Of a stretch of 64,000 nucleotides of DNA, positions 10,058 to 22,100 are shown piece after piece. The first letter of the stretch is position 1; each line of letters starts with the position of its first letter. The DNA comes from Candidatus Magasanikiibacteriota bacterium (GTDB taxonomy: Bacteria > Patescibacteriota > Patescibacteriia > Magasanikbacterales > GWA2-37-8), in assembly GCA_016182085.1 (NCBI GenBank), contig JACOYB010000008.1, positions 10,507 through 74,506 on the forward strand, given 5' to 3'. The position numbers and the translations under genes are program-made. Under the pieces are notes generated by a model. The model saw nothing but the letters and a program-made list of their open reading frames with translations, searched no databases and had not been told where the DNA came from.

Positions 10058-11270
10058 GCCAACGTATTGGTTTGTACTAGGAAGGGAATCAAAAATCGCT
10101 GCGGCTGAAATAGCCGCGATTTTAAATTTTAAAAAGCATACATACGCCTCAACAATATTAAAAATTCAAGACATATCATTTAGAGAACGCCTGTTTACAT
10201 CAGAAATGACACTGGACCCATCTCAGTTGATGCGCCGTTTGGGCGGTACGATTAAAATCGCGAAAGAATTGGCTGTAAATATCACCGAACAGCAAATGAA
10301 CAATCTGATCCGAGAAGAATTGAAAACTATTTCTGGAAAAATAAACTTTGGCATTAGTATTTACCGCGAAAACCAAGATAAGTATGCCGATTTAAAATTG
10401 GCAACCGATATTGGCAAGAAAATAAAAAGGTCTCTAAAAGACGAGGGGTTTTCCGTAAGATACGTAGAAAACCGCGAACCAATCTTATCTTCGGTTACAG
10501 TTGAAAAAAATAATTTGACTGGCCGAGGCCGAGAATTTTTAATTCAAAAAAATATAAACAATACGTTTTCCGTGGCCAAAACCGAGGCTGTCCAGCCATT
10601 TGAGGATTTCAGCGCGCGCGATTTTGGCCGGCCCGGACGCGATGATATAAGCGGCATGCTGCCTCCAAAACTAGCTATGATCATGATTAATCTTGCCCAA
10701 GCTCCTTTGGAGGCTGTAATTATGGATCCATTTTGCGGATCCGGCACGATACTGAGCGAGGCATTACTGATGGGATATACGAACGTAATTGGTACCGATA
10801 TTTCGAAAAAGGCAATTTTAGACACGAAAAAAAATATTGATTGGATAACTGCTAAATTTAATATTTCAACTAATGAGTCGCGTATAACAATTGAACAAAA
10901 AGACGCGGAAGAAATAGGAGCTTTTGTTCCGCCAGCTTCTGTCAGCAGCATTATCGCCGAACCTTATATGGGCAAACCGCTCAAAGGCCGCGAAACTAAA
11001 GAAGAGCTGCTGTTGCAAGCAAACGAACTTAAAAAATTATACGTTTCGGCTTTTGCGCAATTTTATAAAATACTACAACCGGGAGGCGTGGCTGTATTTT
11101 TAATCCCTCGTTTTAAGTATCAAAGTGAATGGATAACCATTAACTGCCAAAAAGAAATAGAGGGGCTTGGTTTTAAATTATTGCCATTTTTTGAAGACAA
11201 CATGCCTCTTATCTACGCCCGCCCCGACCAGAGAGTAGCTAGAGAAATTTGGAGATTTAAAAAAGTGTAA
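10032..11270 (+). CDS. Class I SAM-dependent methyltransferase, Trm11/RlmL-like (putative RNA guanine-N2 methyltransferase)
   Basis: Motif I VIMDPFCGSGTILSEA and motif IV-like IIAEPYMGKP (a D/NPPY variant) are present. Confidence 0.6.
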   Translation: MVTPALLAKPTYWFVLGRESKIAAAEIAAILNFKKHTYASTILKIQDISFRERLFTSEMTLDPSQLMRRLGGTIKIAKELAVNITEQQMNNLIREELKTISGKINFGISIYRENQDKYADLKLATDIGKKIKRSLKDEGFSVRYVENREPILSSVTVEKNNLTGRGREFLIQKNINNTFSVAKTEAVQPFEDFSARDFGRPGRDDISGMLPPKLAMIMINLAQAPLEAVIMDPFCGSGTILSEALLMGYTNVIGTDISKKAILDTKKNIDWITAKFNISTNESRITIEQKDAEEIGAFVPPASVSSIIAEPYMGKPLKGRETKEELLLQANELKKLYVSAFAQFYKILQPGGVAVFLIPRFKYQSEWITINCQKEIEGLGFKLLPFFEDNMPLIYARPDQRVAREIWRFKKV

Positions 11271-11280
11271 TCACACCTTC

Positions 11281-11730
11281 TATCACCCCATTTTGTCAGC
11301 AAAACGGGGTGATGCCCCAAAACTGCCTCGCGGATGAATATCTCACAGCCAGTTCGGATTAGAATTTTTCCTCTGGACGATACGTCCAGACACGGAAAAA
11401 CTAATCTCGAACTGCTTGGTTCAATATTCATATGCTCGGTTGGACACTTGGGTGTCTGTCGCTTGTCCGTACATTGTCCCGGCGAACATTGGAATTAAGA
11501 GGATAGCAGACAGAGATGAACCGGAACGGTTGCTCCGACGGAACGTCGGAGAATTTGTCCTGCTGTTTGAGCTCACCTGTTATATACAGGTGAGTGAGTT
11601 CAGGACAAAAGTGATGGTGAGTCCTGTCTGGCTCCGAATAATTCCACCGTGAGCGATTTCTTTCCACCCCCTTTCTTTTAAAAGAAAGGGGGTAAGGGAG
11701 GTGTGTTTTTGCTGACAAAATGAGGTGATA
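11281..11730. repeat. 450-bp non-coding element bounded by 24-bp terminal inverted repeats (MITE-like or structured RNA)
   Basis: tatcaccccattttgtcagcaaaa (11281-11304) is the reverse complement, with one mismatch, of ttttgctgacaaaatgaggtgata (11707-11730). The interior has at least five perfect short hairpins and a 26-nt perfect palindrome at 11667-11692. Confidence 0.5.
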
Positions 11731-11811
11731 AATGTTGGCAAGCGGTTTTCTACTAAGGAAAGCGGCTGTAAGGAATTACACAAGGTGGAAAGCCTAAGAT
11801 AAAAAGAAGAA

Positions 11812-12888
11812 TTAATTAGCTATATGAAAAAAACAAACATCCCCATCCTGCACCGCATAGTCTTTTCCTTCCAACCTCATCTTTCCTGTACTTCTAATTT
11901 TATTCCATCCCCCAGCTTCTACAAAATCCTTCCAGTTTACCACATCGGCTTTCACAAAACCTTTAATAAAATCCGTATGTATTACCCCGGCGGCTTCAGG
12001 CGCTTTAGCGCCATTTCTTACAGTCCAAGCCCTGGTTTCCTGCTCTCCGGAAGTAAAAAATGTAAGTAAATTTAATAATTTATAGCTAGCGGTAATCAAT
12101 TTATCTAATCCGGTTTCACTCATTCCCAATTCTTTTAAATAGTCTTTGGCTTCGGCTTCGGTTAGATCTGCCAGTTCTGCTTCTAGTTTTGCCGATATTT
12201 CTATCTGCGGTGTTGACTCGCTCACCTTTGGAACCTCGGCACTGGCAATATTTTCATCCATATTTACCACATAAAGCATTGGCTTCATGGTCAGTAGCTG
12301 CAATTCTTTCATCAAAATATTCTCATCTTCATTATATTCCAACTCACGAGCCGGCTTACCGGCTTGCAATTGCTGCTCCACTCTTTCCAAAACTGCGATT
12401 TGTTTTTCAAATTCTTTAGCTGACGCGCCTTTGGCAGATCGTTTGGTGTTATCTAATTTTTTGGAAACTGTTTGTAAGTCTGCAAGCGCTAACTCTAAAT
12501 TTATTACTTCTGCGTCATTTTTTGGATCAACTTTATTATGAACATGAATAACATCATGATCGGTAAACGAACGTACTACCTGAACAATTGCGTCCACTTC
12601 GCGGATGTGAGACAAAAATTTATTTCCCAAGCCTTCGCCTTCGGAAGCGCCTTTTACCAAACCAGCAATATCAACAAACTCTATTACTGTGGGGATAATT
12701 TTTAAAGAGGAAGAAGATTCGCTTAATTTTTGCAGCCTGTTATCAGGCACCTCAACTACGCCAACGTTTGGATCAATGGTACAAAAAGGATAATTTTGCG
12801 CGTTTGCCTGTTTACTGCGGGTAAGGGCATTAAACAGCGTAGATTTTCCAACATTTGGTAAACCAACTATACCAACAGATAATGACAT
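11812..12888 (-). CDS. ychF: Ribosome-binding ATPase YchF (Obg-family)
   Basis: G1 motif GIVGLPNVGKSTLFNALT and a C-terminal TGS domain (…VQDGDVCFFHI). Confidence 0.9.
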   Translation of the reverse strand: MSLSVGIVGLPNVGKSTLFNALTRSKQANAQNYPFCTIDPNVGVVEVPDNRLQKLSESSSSLKIIPTVIEFVDIAGLVKGASEGEGLGNKFLSHIREVDAIVQVVRSFTDHDVIHVHNKVDPKNDAEVINLELALADLQTVSKKLDNTKRSAKGASAKEFEKQIAVLERVEQQLQAGKPARELEYNEDENILMKELQLLTMKPMLYVVNMDENIASAEVPKVSESTPQIEISAKLEAELADLTEAEAKDYLKELGMSETGLDKLITASYKLLNLLTFFTSGEQETRAWTVRNGAKAPEAAGVIHTDFIKGFVKADVVNWKDFVEAGGWNKIRSTGKMRLEGKDYAVQDGDVCFFHIAN

Positions 12889-12895
12889 ATGATTG

Positions 12896-12968
12896 TGGAC
12901 CTGATGGGAATCGAACCCATAGTCTCTTCCATGCCATGGAAGCGCGATAGCCGTTACGCTACAGGCCC
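12896..12968 (-). tRNA. tRNA-Ala (anticodon GGC)
   Basis: Reverse complement GGGCCTGTAGCGTAACGGCTATCGCGCTTCCATGGCATGGAAG...GGGTTCGATTCCCATCAGGTCCA folds with acceptor GGGCCTG/CAGGTCC, the G3:U70 Ala identity pair, and anticodon loop ATGGCAT. Confidence 0.8.
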
Positions 12969-13031
12969 ATTATTTTTAAACTTGTTGCATTGTAAAACAA
13001 AACTACCGCCGTGTCAACCATGATAATGGGC

Positions 13032-16000
13032 CTAATTCTTCTTTAATTTCACATCAAGATTAATGGTTTCGGCATCCTTGCCTTCCAAATCAATAATGTC
13101 CGTTTTTTGCGGATGATACTCCTTATGTTCGTATGTAACATAATATTTTGCATCTCCGGCCAAGAAATAATACTTACCGCTACTATCGGTAATTTGCGTA
13201 TCTACCAGTTTATTGAACTGTGAATTAAACAGTCTGGCGACTACTCTGGAAACAGGGGTTTTGCTGGCATCATCATAAACAATACCCCAGTTTCTGGCCT
13301 TGGCAGGCATAGCTAATTTGCGGAAAACGAAGAATAATAAAATATGGGCAAATAACAAAACTGCGATATACCATTTAGGAGAGATAAATAAGGAAGCGAT
13401 TGTAACCAAAATGCCGACTACAGACAAAATATTCTGCAACCTGCGTCCAAATTTTTCCCAGGCCAAACGGCTTGGCTTTTTCTGCGCGCCTATTGGATCC
13501 AAAGGTATAGTGGCTGTAATACCGGCTGTACCTGTAACCTCAACTACCTCCCCATGGTAAATATCTACTTTCTGGCCATCGCTCTGGAAACCCTCCAAAA
13601 ACTTGGATGGGAAAATAAAATTACTCTTCTGTGCCTGCAGCCTATACTTTCCCGGGCCAACCATAAAAATAAAGCGGCCTTTTGAATCTGTCACTTTGGA
13701 TTGCATAACCCGTCCATTTTCCGCGTTGATGAGCCGCACCATTGCCAAATCAACCGGTAATTTATTTAATGAATTATATACCAAACCCCATTTTTCTCTT
13801 TTTCTCCAACCAAGAAGCATGAGCGGCTGCAAGAACAACAGTCGCAGGAAAGGCAAAAAATCCAACCACGAAATAAGCGGTACAGCACCGGCCACAACCA
13901 CGGTAATTACCGCGGGTGCTACTACTTGTTCATTTATTTTCTTTACCTCGGGATCCGAAACTACATCTTGAATTTTTTGTACGGCTACGGTTGTTAAAAC
14001 CTTTGTTTGACCGGCTAGCGCTCCAACAATATTTTGAATATTTTCCACGAGCGGAGCTTCCGGATCTATCTCTAAAATAAGTTCCGGTGGACGGGCAATG
14101 AGCGTGAATTCTGGGTTGATTACATTATTACCTACGTTATTTATACTGAGTGTACGGTTATAATACCCATCTTTCTCCAGGCTTATCCTAAAATTTCCGT
14201 TTGGCACCATCCAGCCAAAGCTGCCGTTGGCATCAGTTACAATTGGGTTTAATTCACCATAATTCCCCATGTTTATGGGTTCGTCATTTGCTCCATACAA
14301 CAAAACTAAAACTCCAACCAAACTTTGACGGTCATCATCTACCACCTGGCCCCATGGCAAACTGTTCAATCTAAATCCGACCGAATCACGCTGATTTGAT
14401 CCATAATCAATTTCCACAAATGCTTGGGTGAATCCGAGTTGATTAAAAAATAAGCTGGCATAGTACATCCGGTCGGTAGCATTATAGACAAACTGATGCG
14501 CGTCCGTATCCCCGACACGAAGCACCATACTTTCCGGCCGGCTATATAAAATTTCTTCAGGAATCGCTACGGTAAGATTTGCTCCCGATAAACCAGTTAC
14601 AACTTCGTCAACTGGAAGAAGCCGTATATTACGATTGCCTGCCAAAAATACTAGGCCGTTTAAATTTATTTGCACAAATTCCGGCACGGTAGGTTCGGGT
14701 GGATTATACTCGTCCGTATCACTGCCGCTTTCACACCCCGGGTCAGCGGGAAAATCAACTAAACTATCACCATCATCATCTGCTCCATTATTACAAGCAA
14801 CCAACTGACTTGGCGCGCAACTGCCAAAACCCGCGCAAGCGGTATCGGCGCAATCTACTTGTCCGTTGTTATTATCATCCAAACCATTATCGCATATTTC
14901 CGGACTAGGAGGTGTGGAGGTAGGCGGGGTTTGACCGCATTCGGGTAAAGAAGCGCAAGCGGTATCGGCGCAATCTACTTGTCCGTTGTTATTATCATCT
15001 ATATTATTTCCGCATATTTCTGTCGGAGTGGTGGCTGGTACGACTGCGCCGCTTCTAAAAATGCCCGGGCTGTTGTTACCCGACGTATCAAAGGAAAAAA
15101 TCGTATAAAAATAAGTAACATTTACAATTATATTCGTATCCGTAAATGTTCCATCGGTTCCGGCATATACAACTGTGCCATCGCTGGGATTATTTGAAGC
15201 TGAACCAATTTTTCGCACCACCCTCACCTGGGAAAAATCCGGAGTTCCGGCTATGCTGGGATTTGTCCATGACAATACAATGGAATTACTGGTTGTAACC
15301 AAAACAAAATTAGAAACATCTGGTGGCGGAGTTGTGTCCGCGCCTGTAGTAAATGTCGCGTCGGTTGTGCTGGCGCTATTGCCGCTACTATCTGTGGAAA
15401 TAATTCTAAAATGATAGGTAGTATTAGGGCTTAAATTAAACAACAATGCGGTGTGCGATAAAACTCCGGCGGAATCAAAATAATTACTGCCGTAGACTGC
15501 GGTTGGCCCGTAAATTATTTGCGTGTCAGCTGACTCATTTGTATCCCACCGTATACTGCTTGTAGTTACTCCGGTTGAAATTTGAATACTACTGATAACC
15601 GGCGGCGTAGTATCCGGTGGTTCGGGGGAAGTAGAAAAAGTGCCGGTAAATTCGGTGGTCTGCGGCTTAGTATCAACAACTGAAATTTTAAAATAATATA
15701 AAGTGCCGGTAGCCAAACCGGTTAAACTGGTCTGATAATTTCCCGTAACTGTGCCAGAGTTTCCATAACTAGTATTTAGACCATACACAAAAGTTACACT
15801 GGAAATACCCAAGTCGTCGGTAGCACTCCAACTAATACCGGCCGTAGTAAAGGAAGTGGAAGAAGCGACGTTAAAAATTACTGCCGGCACATCCGATCCG
15901 CCGGGGCCGCCACCGGTTCCGCCACCGCCTCCTCCGCCACCGGAAGGCACGGTAGCATTTACAGTTATGCCCTGATTTACTTCTGCGGCGTGCGCACGCT

Positions 16001-16094
16001 CTCCCTGTTCAGTGTGAATTCCAAACCAAAAAAAGCTGCTAAAAATAACAGCTGCAAATAATATAATTTTTTTTAATTCTTTTGCCATACACAA
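13032..16094 (-). CDS. Large secreted/membrane protein (1020 aa)
   Basis: Signal peptide, poly-Gly tract, and a duplicated Cys-rich module (ICGNNIDDNNNGQVDCADTACA ×2). Three carboxypeptidase-regulatory-like beta-sandwich segments follow, interspersed with TM helices. It lies 32 bp downstream of the giant gene. Confidence 0.7.
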   Translation of the reverse strand: MCMAKELKKIILFAAVIFSSFFWFGIHTEQGERAHAAEVNQGITVNATVPSGGGGGGGGTGGGPGGSDVPAVIFNVASSTSFTTAGISWSATDDLGISSVTFVYGLNTSYGNSGTVTGNYQTSLTGLATGTLYYFKISVVDTKPQTTEFTGTFSTSPEPPDTTPPVISSIQISTGVTTSSIRWDTNESADTQIIYGPTAVYGSNYFDSAGVLSHTALLFNLSPNTTYHFRIISTDSSGNSASTTDATFTTGADTTPPPDVSNFVLVTTSNSIVLSWTNPSIAGTPDFSQVRVVRKIGSASNNPSDGTVVYAGTDGTFTDTNIIVNVTYFYTIFSFDTSGNNSPGIFRSGAVVPATTPTEICGNNIDDNNNGQVDCADTACASLPECGQTPPTSTPPSPEICDNGLDDNNNGQVDCADTACAGFGSCAPSQLVACNNGADDDGDSLVDFPADPGCESGSDTDEYNPPEPTVPEFVQINLNGLVFLAGNRNIRLLPVDEVVTGLSGANLTVAIPEEILYSRPESMVLRVGDTDAHQFVYNATDRMYYASLFFNQLGFTQAFVEIDYGSNQRDSVGFRLNSLPWGQVVDDDRQSLVGVLVLLYGANDEPINMGNYGELNPIVTDANGSFGWMVPNGNFRISLEKDGYYNRTLSINNVGNNVINPEFTLIARPPELILEIDPEAPLVENIQNIVGALAGQTKVLTTVAVQKIQDVVSDPEVKKINEQVVAPAVITVVVAGAVPLISWLDFLPFLRLLFLQPLMLLGWRKREKWGLVYNSLNKLPVDLAMVRLINAENGRVMQSKVTDSKGRFIFMVGPGKYRLQAQKSNFIFPSKFLEGFQSDGQKVDIYHGEVVEVTGTAGITATIPLDPIGAQKKPSRLAWEKFGRRLQNILSVVGILVTIASLFISPKWYIAVLLFAHILLFFVFRKLAMPAKARNWGIVYDDASKTPVSRVVARLFNSQFNKLVDTQITDSSGKYYFLAGDAKYYVTYEHKEYHPQKTDIIDLEGKDAETINLDVKLKKN
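14826..15000. repeat. Intragenic direct repeat encoding the duplicated Cys-rich module
   Basis: gcaagcggtatcggcgcaatctacttgtccgttgttattatcatc occurs twice, about 125 bp apart. Confidence 0.7.
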
Positions 16095-16125
16095 AACGGC
16101 CTATTTCTGAAAAACTATTTTAATA

Positions 16126-19100
16126 TTATTCTGCGGCTGTGCTGGTGTTAACAATATTTTCGGCGGGAGGCTGTTCCAAAACAACCGGTTCCGTGCTGCT
16201 GGCAACCGGCTCAATGGTTTCCGATACGGTAGAGGTGGAGGGGTCTGTAGTAGTAGAAGTTGTTGAACTTGGGCTTTCTTGAGAAACTTCTGGAGTTTCT
16301 GGAATACCTGCACCCCCGGATGATTCATTTATAGCTTCCGGAACAACTTCTTCGGGCTGTAATACTTTGGCAATCACCGTCCAATCAAACGCAGCATTGC
16401 TTTGGCCGTTTTCATTTTCTTTCACTACAAAGCTGTCATAATTTCTTTCTGATACATACACGCCTTTGGTGTCGCCAGACATCGTAATTTGAATATTAAG
16501 CGGTACGGATCTATCTATAATTGCCTGATCAAGATCGGTTAAAACTACTCGTCTTGTCCCATTTTCCAAAGTGCTGGTGCCGGAAATTACGATTTCCTGT
16601 TTACCAGCGCTTTGCAAACCATAAATTTCTTTGTCGCCAACCGCGGTTGTGATTTTTTGTATTAAGTTGCCAAACTCATCAATTTTCCATTTATCATCTT
16701 TGCCAATAATACCGGCCACGTTAATAATGGAATTATTTTGCAAATCAAGATTGCCGCCGGAATATACTAATTGATTATTATTACTTTCCACGCTTAATGT
16801 ACCTGGGTTAGCTCCTGGAGAAAGATTTATACCTTGAGCTATTGCCAACTGTTCTATATTATTATGCAAATTATCTATATCTTTATCTCTGTTATACACC
16901 CAACCGGTTCTAATTAACGCTAAAATTTTACCGGTTGAAGAAGCTGGCAATGGCTCAAGCGCCACCCCAATTATACCTACAACTTTATTATTCTTGTCCT
17001 TGGTCGGATCATATTTCATGGCAAATCCGGCAGTTGACGCGCTCACAAGCAAGTCACCTCTGGCAATGGCGCCATTTTCAGCAGAAACTTTTACCGGCAC
17101 GCGGCCCACCATGGCTAGTACGGCCGTGTAATCTGTCTTGCCATTCCCAACTACGATAGTTGGGTTGGTAGAAATTACACCAGCCACCGATTGTTCGTAA
17201 GCAGAATTGCTACGACGGTATGTATCTGGCGAATTTGGATCTACCATCATTACATCTCCAGCTTCAGCCGTATCGTCAATGGCAATATCTACTCGTTCGG
17301 CTAAATCTCCCGGATTAGTGGAAGTGCCCAAGACCGCGCTTGCGCCATAGTAATTGCCGGAAGTATGAACATCACCATTGGCAGCCACAGAGAATACTGA
17401 ATTATTATTAGCTCGCAGAGAAATAATATAATTATCGGCCAGAGGCGAAGTAAAATTGGCGGCATTAAAGGTAAAGGCTCTTGACCCGGCAAAACTACCA
17501 ACATTAGATTCAAACAATGTGGAGGTGGCAAATGAAAGCTTGTTGACTATGCTGTTATTGGCAAAGGAAATATTGCCGGAAATGATAAGATCAAAAGGAT
17601 TGGTAGAATCGCCAACGGTAATGGTGCTGCTGGTAGTATCTATCGTTAAAGGCGACTGTCCCGGCGCCCAAGAAGGCGAAATAAAGACTTCAATGACGCC
17701 AGTGCCGCTGCCAGCAAACGATTCCAGCGCCCGACCGACAATTACTCCGTCTTTTTTAGCTTTCATACCAACGCCGGGCAACGAGGAAGCGGCAATGGGG
17801 TCGCCAGCCAGGATGGGGCCATTTTCATCGGAGACTTTGGTCGGCACGCGACCCGACAGAGTGACAAGACGCCCATCTTCGCTGCTCGTCCAATCGGAGA
17901 GCCGGATACCGGGGTTCGTGGAAATTACACCAACTACCCCATCATAGGCGCCGGTTGTTTTTTCCACGGTTGGTCTAACGCCGGAAGAAGAAGTGGCTAT
18001 CCGTACGAGGTCGCCGGCCGTGATTGAAAGGTCATCCACACGGTATGACTCGGCCAAGTCAAAGCCTTCAATCTGGAACTGCTTTCCCCAGAAGCTATTG
18101 GCATAGACGTTCATAAAGAAAGCGCCAAGAGAACCGATATTTGAGCCGCCGGTAAAAGAGCCGCCGGTGGTATTTTTACAGCCGGGGGTCGCGCATTTTG
18201 CCGCTCTCAAATCAAGATCTGTGACGTTGTAATAACTAATTACCGGCAAGCCATCCGTGCCAATGGCGATGGAGGTGAACTGGCCCTGATTTCCGGTGCT
18301 GTCAATGGTGGTGGTAACATTACCCGATGAGCAGGAGGCGTTGCCGCATTTTGCTACCCTCAGATCAAGATCTGTACCGTTGTAATAACTAATTACCGGC
18401 AAACCATCTGTGCCAATGGCGATGGAAGAGAGTTGGCCTTGATCTCCGGCGCTGTCAATCGTAGTGGTAACATTACCCGATGAGCAGAACGAGTTGCCAC
18501 ATTTTACTACCCTCAGATCGCCATCTGTACCGTTGTAATAACTAATTACCGGCAAGCCATCTGTGCCAATGGCGATGGAGGTGTCCTGGCCCTGATCTCC
18601 GGTGCTGTCAATCGTAGTGGTCACATTACCCGATGAGCAGGAGGCGTTGCCGCATTTGGCTACCCTAAGATCGCCATTTGTCGCATTGTAATAACTAATT
18701 ACCGGCAAGCCATCTGTGCCAATGGCGATGGAGGTGTCCGTGCCCTGACTTCCAGTGCTGTCAATCGTAGTGGTCACATTACCCGATGAGCAAGAGGCGT
18801 TGCCGCATTTTGCTACCCTAAGATCAAGATCTGTGACGTTGTAATAACTAATTACCGGCAAGCCATCTGTGCCAATGGCAATGGAGGTTTCCTGGCCCTG
18901 ATCTCCGGTGCTGTCAATGGTGGTGGTAACATTACCCGATGAGCAGGAGGCGTTGCCGCATTTGGCTACCCTAAGATCGCCATTTGTCGCATTGTAATAA
19001 CTAATTACCGGCAAGCCATCTGCGCCAATGGCAATGGAGGAATTCGAACCCTGATCTCCGGCGCTGTCAATCGTAGTGGTCACATTACCCGATGAGCAGG

Positions 19101-22100
19101 AGGCGTTGCCGCATTTGACCACTCTCAAATCAAGATCTGTGACGTTGTAATAACTAATTACCGGCAAGCCATCTGCGCCAATGGCGATGGAGGAGTATGA
19201 ACCCTGATCTCCGGCGCTGTCAATGGTGGTGGTCACTTGAGTAGATGCGCCAGCGGTCGGCGAGGCATTTGGCAAGACATTACCATCAAAGGTGGATGTG
19301 CCAACCACGGAAAATATAGAAACTGGCGAAGAGGAATTAACCCCAATATTTCCATTTGCCAGCACTCTTAACATACTAGCACCAGTAGATGAGGCAATAT
19401 CAAATAATGGAGTGCTGGTAGGAGTGCTGAAAATGTTAAATGTCGCTCTTTGCGACGTGGTATTTATACCAACTCTACCAAGAGCATCTATTCTTATTCT
19501 TTCAGTTCCAGCTGTCCAAAAAGCCATGCTGTCAGCACTAAGTTGAGACCCACCAGCAAATGTATATCTAATTACACCTCTATTTTGTGCCGTGGTATCA
19601 AAGAATATATCGCTGGTTCCGTTAGTAGCCGCCGTAATGGCAATAAGTCCTTGCGTTTCTGTAGTATTACCTACTTGTAAATCCGCATTTGGAGCATCCG
19701 TACCAATACCAACATTACCATTTTGTAAAATTCTAAACATGCTGGAGCCGGTAGATGATGCAATTTCCAAAGGATTTGCACTGGCTGCTCCTTGCAAAGC
19801 CAGGCTGGCTATTGGCGAAGTTGTGTTAATGCCAATACGCCCATCGTGTAATATTCTTAAGTAGCTAGCACCGGAAGAAGAAGCCACCTCAAAAATAGAG
19901 TTCCCTCCATTTGTAGATGAAGCTGCAATAGTAAAGAATGCCAAAGGAGTAGTTGTACCGATACCTACTCTACCGGCATTAGTAATAGCCATTTTTTGGA
20001 AAGCCGAACCATTGCCGCCGGTTTCAAACTTTATTCCACCTGCATTTGCATTAAAAACTAACCCACCCGAGATATTAGATTGTGAAGACAAAATTCCGGC
20101 ATCCTGCCAGCCTGTAACAGCTGTATAGCCAGTTCCTGCGGTAAGCAATAAAACTCGATCATCAGTTCCTAAACCTCCATTTCTAAAATCAAATCCCGCA
20201 GAGGCGCTAGATCCAGAATTGTTATTATCAATTCTAAGACCAGACTGAGCAGATTGATCTAGGCGGGCATGGATTAATTCACTTGGTGTAGTCACTCTAA
20301 CTCCAAGGTTGCCAGTCATTACACCCACATCGCCATTTGTTAAAACACGGAATAAACTGGCGCCAGTAGATGAGGCAATTTCCACAGGATCTGCGCTACC
20401 TGTTCCTTGTAAAGCCAGAGTGGCTATTGGCGAAGTTGTGTTTATGCCAACTCTGCCATTTTTATCTATAACAAACAAAGATGTATGATTGCCAGCGCCG
20501 TTTGCCAAAGCATTGGTACCTACATCAAATAAATAAGCATTTGTTGAAGACATGGCCGTGACTAAAGGAGAAACACGCAGAGCGGAAATATATTGACCGT
20601 TATATGATGGGGATGTTGAAACAGTGGGGGCAACATCAAGCCCGATAAAATTTCCTGTACCAGAACCAGGATTAAACGTTCCTCTAACTTGCGCCATAGT
20701 AGAAGTCCCTGAGGTAGCTTGACGTTGGTTGTCATCATTAAAGAATACTGAAACACCGGATAAATTAGTTGCAAGGTTTCCCGCCACACCCATACCGGTA
20801 TTAGTATAGGCACGGATATATGGGTTTGTGCCTGCAAAGAAATACTTACCAAAGCTGGAGGTAAATATAAGCCCGGCGCTTTCTGAGAACTGGAAGCTAT
20901 GACTTCCGCCAGAGCTTTTTAAAGTTAGATCGCCAATTGAATCTGTGCTTAGAACAGAAACTGATGATGTTACTATATTTATAAGAGGAACTCCTCCTTG
21001 ACCGGTAAGCGCAAACGAAGCGACTGGAGTTGATGTGTTTATACCAACCCTGCCATTTGCCACCACCTTTAATATATTTGATCTTTCCGCAGTATCAATA
21101 CTAAATAGAGAAGAACTTGCTCCGGTAGACGAAGCAAAAACAGATATTGATCCTTGCGACATTATGCCTCCGGTTCCAACATTTAATCCTGTGCCGGCCA
21201 TAATGTTGCCCTGAGCAAAAATATCATTTCTGGATTGAATGTTTCCGACTTCGGCGCTGTGGGCGATAAGGCTGGTAACTTCCGTGCCGGAGATATCAAT
21301 AACAAACATAGAATTTAAACCACTGCTTACTGCATAGAGATAACGACCAGAGACAAAAATGGAGTTAGAACCGGCGTTTGTACCTAAAGCAAGCGTGGTA
21401 ATAAGAGTCGGCGCCGAAGAGCTAGAAACATCAACAACAGCAATGGTTTGATTTGATTGATTTGCCACATACGCATAGCGGCCGGAGACAAAGATGGAAG
21501 CAGGACCTGAACTCGCACCCACAGAAGTGGTGGCAATCTGTGTTGGCGCAGACGCATTTGAAATATCAATAACAGAAATACTATCAGATGTGTCGTTGGC
21601 TGTATAAGCGTAACGACCGGAGACATAAATGGACATTGGTCTTGCATCCACAACAGTGCTAGAAACTTGAACGGGGATTGATGGATTGGAAATATCTACA
21701 ACAGAAACAGTATTGGCGGAAAAATTAGTTACATAAGCATATTGGCCGGAAACATAAACTGAGTTTGCCCCATCACCAACAGAAGTGGTGGCAATTTGCA
21801 CTGGCGCTAACGGGTTGGATATATCAACAACAGACATGCTATCTGAAGTAAAGTTCGCCACATAAGCATAGCGGCCGGAGACATAAATTGATCTTGGGCT
21901 TGAACCAACCGCAACGGTAGAAATTTGTCTTGGAACTGCGGCGTTAGAAATATCTATAATTGATATGTTATTACTACCCTGATTTACTGTATAAGCGTAA
22001 CGACCGGAGACAAAAATTGACCGTGGATTTGTGCCAACGGAAGTGGTGGCAATTTGCACTGGCGCTGCCGGGTTGGATATATCAACAACAGATATTGTGC

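Noticed and set aside
11416-11718. ORFs 11416..11652(+) and 11428..11718(-) inside the IR element
   Set aside because: They overlap each other and the perfect hairpins, have no SD, and have odd composition. Non-coding is more likely.
11281-11730. RNase P RNA or tmRNA as identity of the IR-bounded element (rnpA is present, so an RNase P RNA must exist somewhere)
   Set aside because: I could not find the conserved blocks GGAAAGUCCGG, AGGGUGAAA or ACAGAAnCCGGCUUA, nor a tRNA-like 3' end, on either strand. Left as unknown.
12964-13033. 10-bp inverted repeat ggcccattat…ataatgggcc between the 1020-aa gene stop and tRNA-Ala
   Set aside because: One arm is simply the 5' acceptor end of the tRNA. 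It could act as a weak terminator, but it is more probably coincidental.
18190-19260. Regular ~153-bp repeats that could be taken for a CRISPR array
   Set aside because: The repeats are in frame within the giant ORF, the 'spacers' are as conserved as the 'repeats', and no cas genes are nearby.
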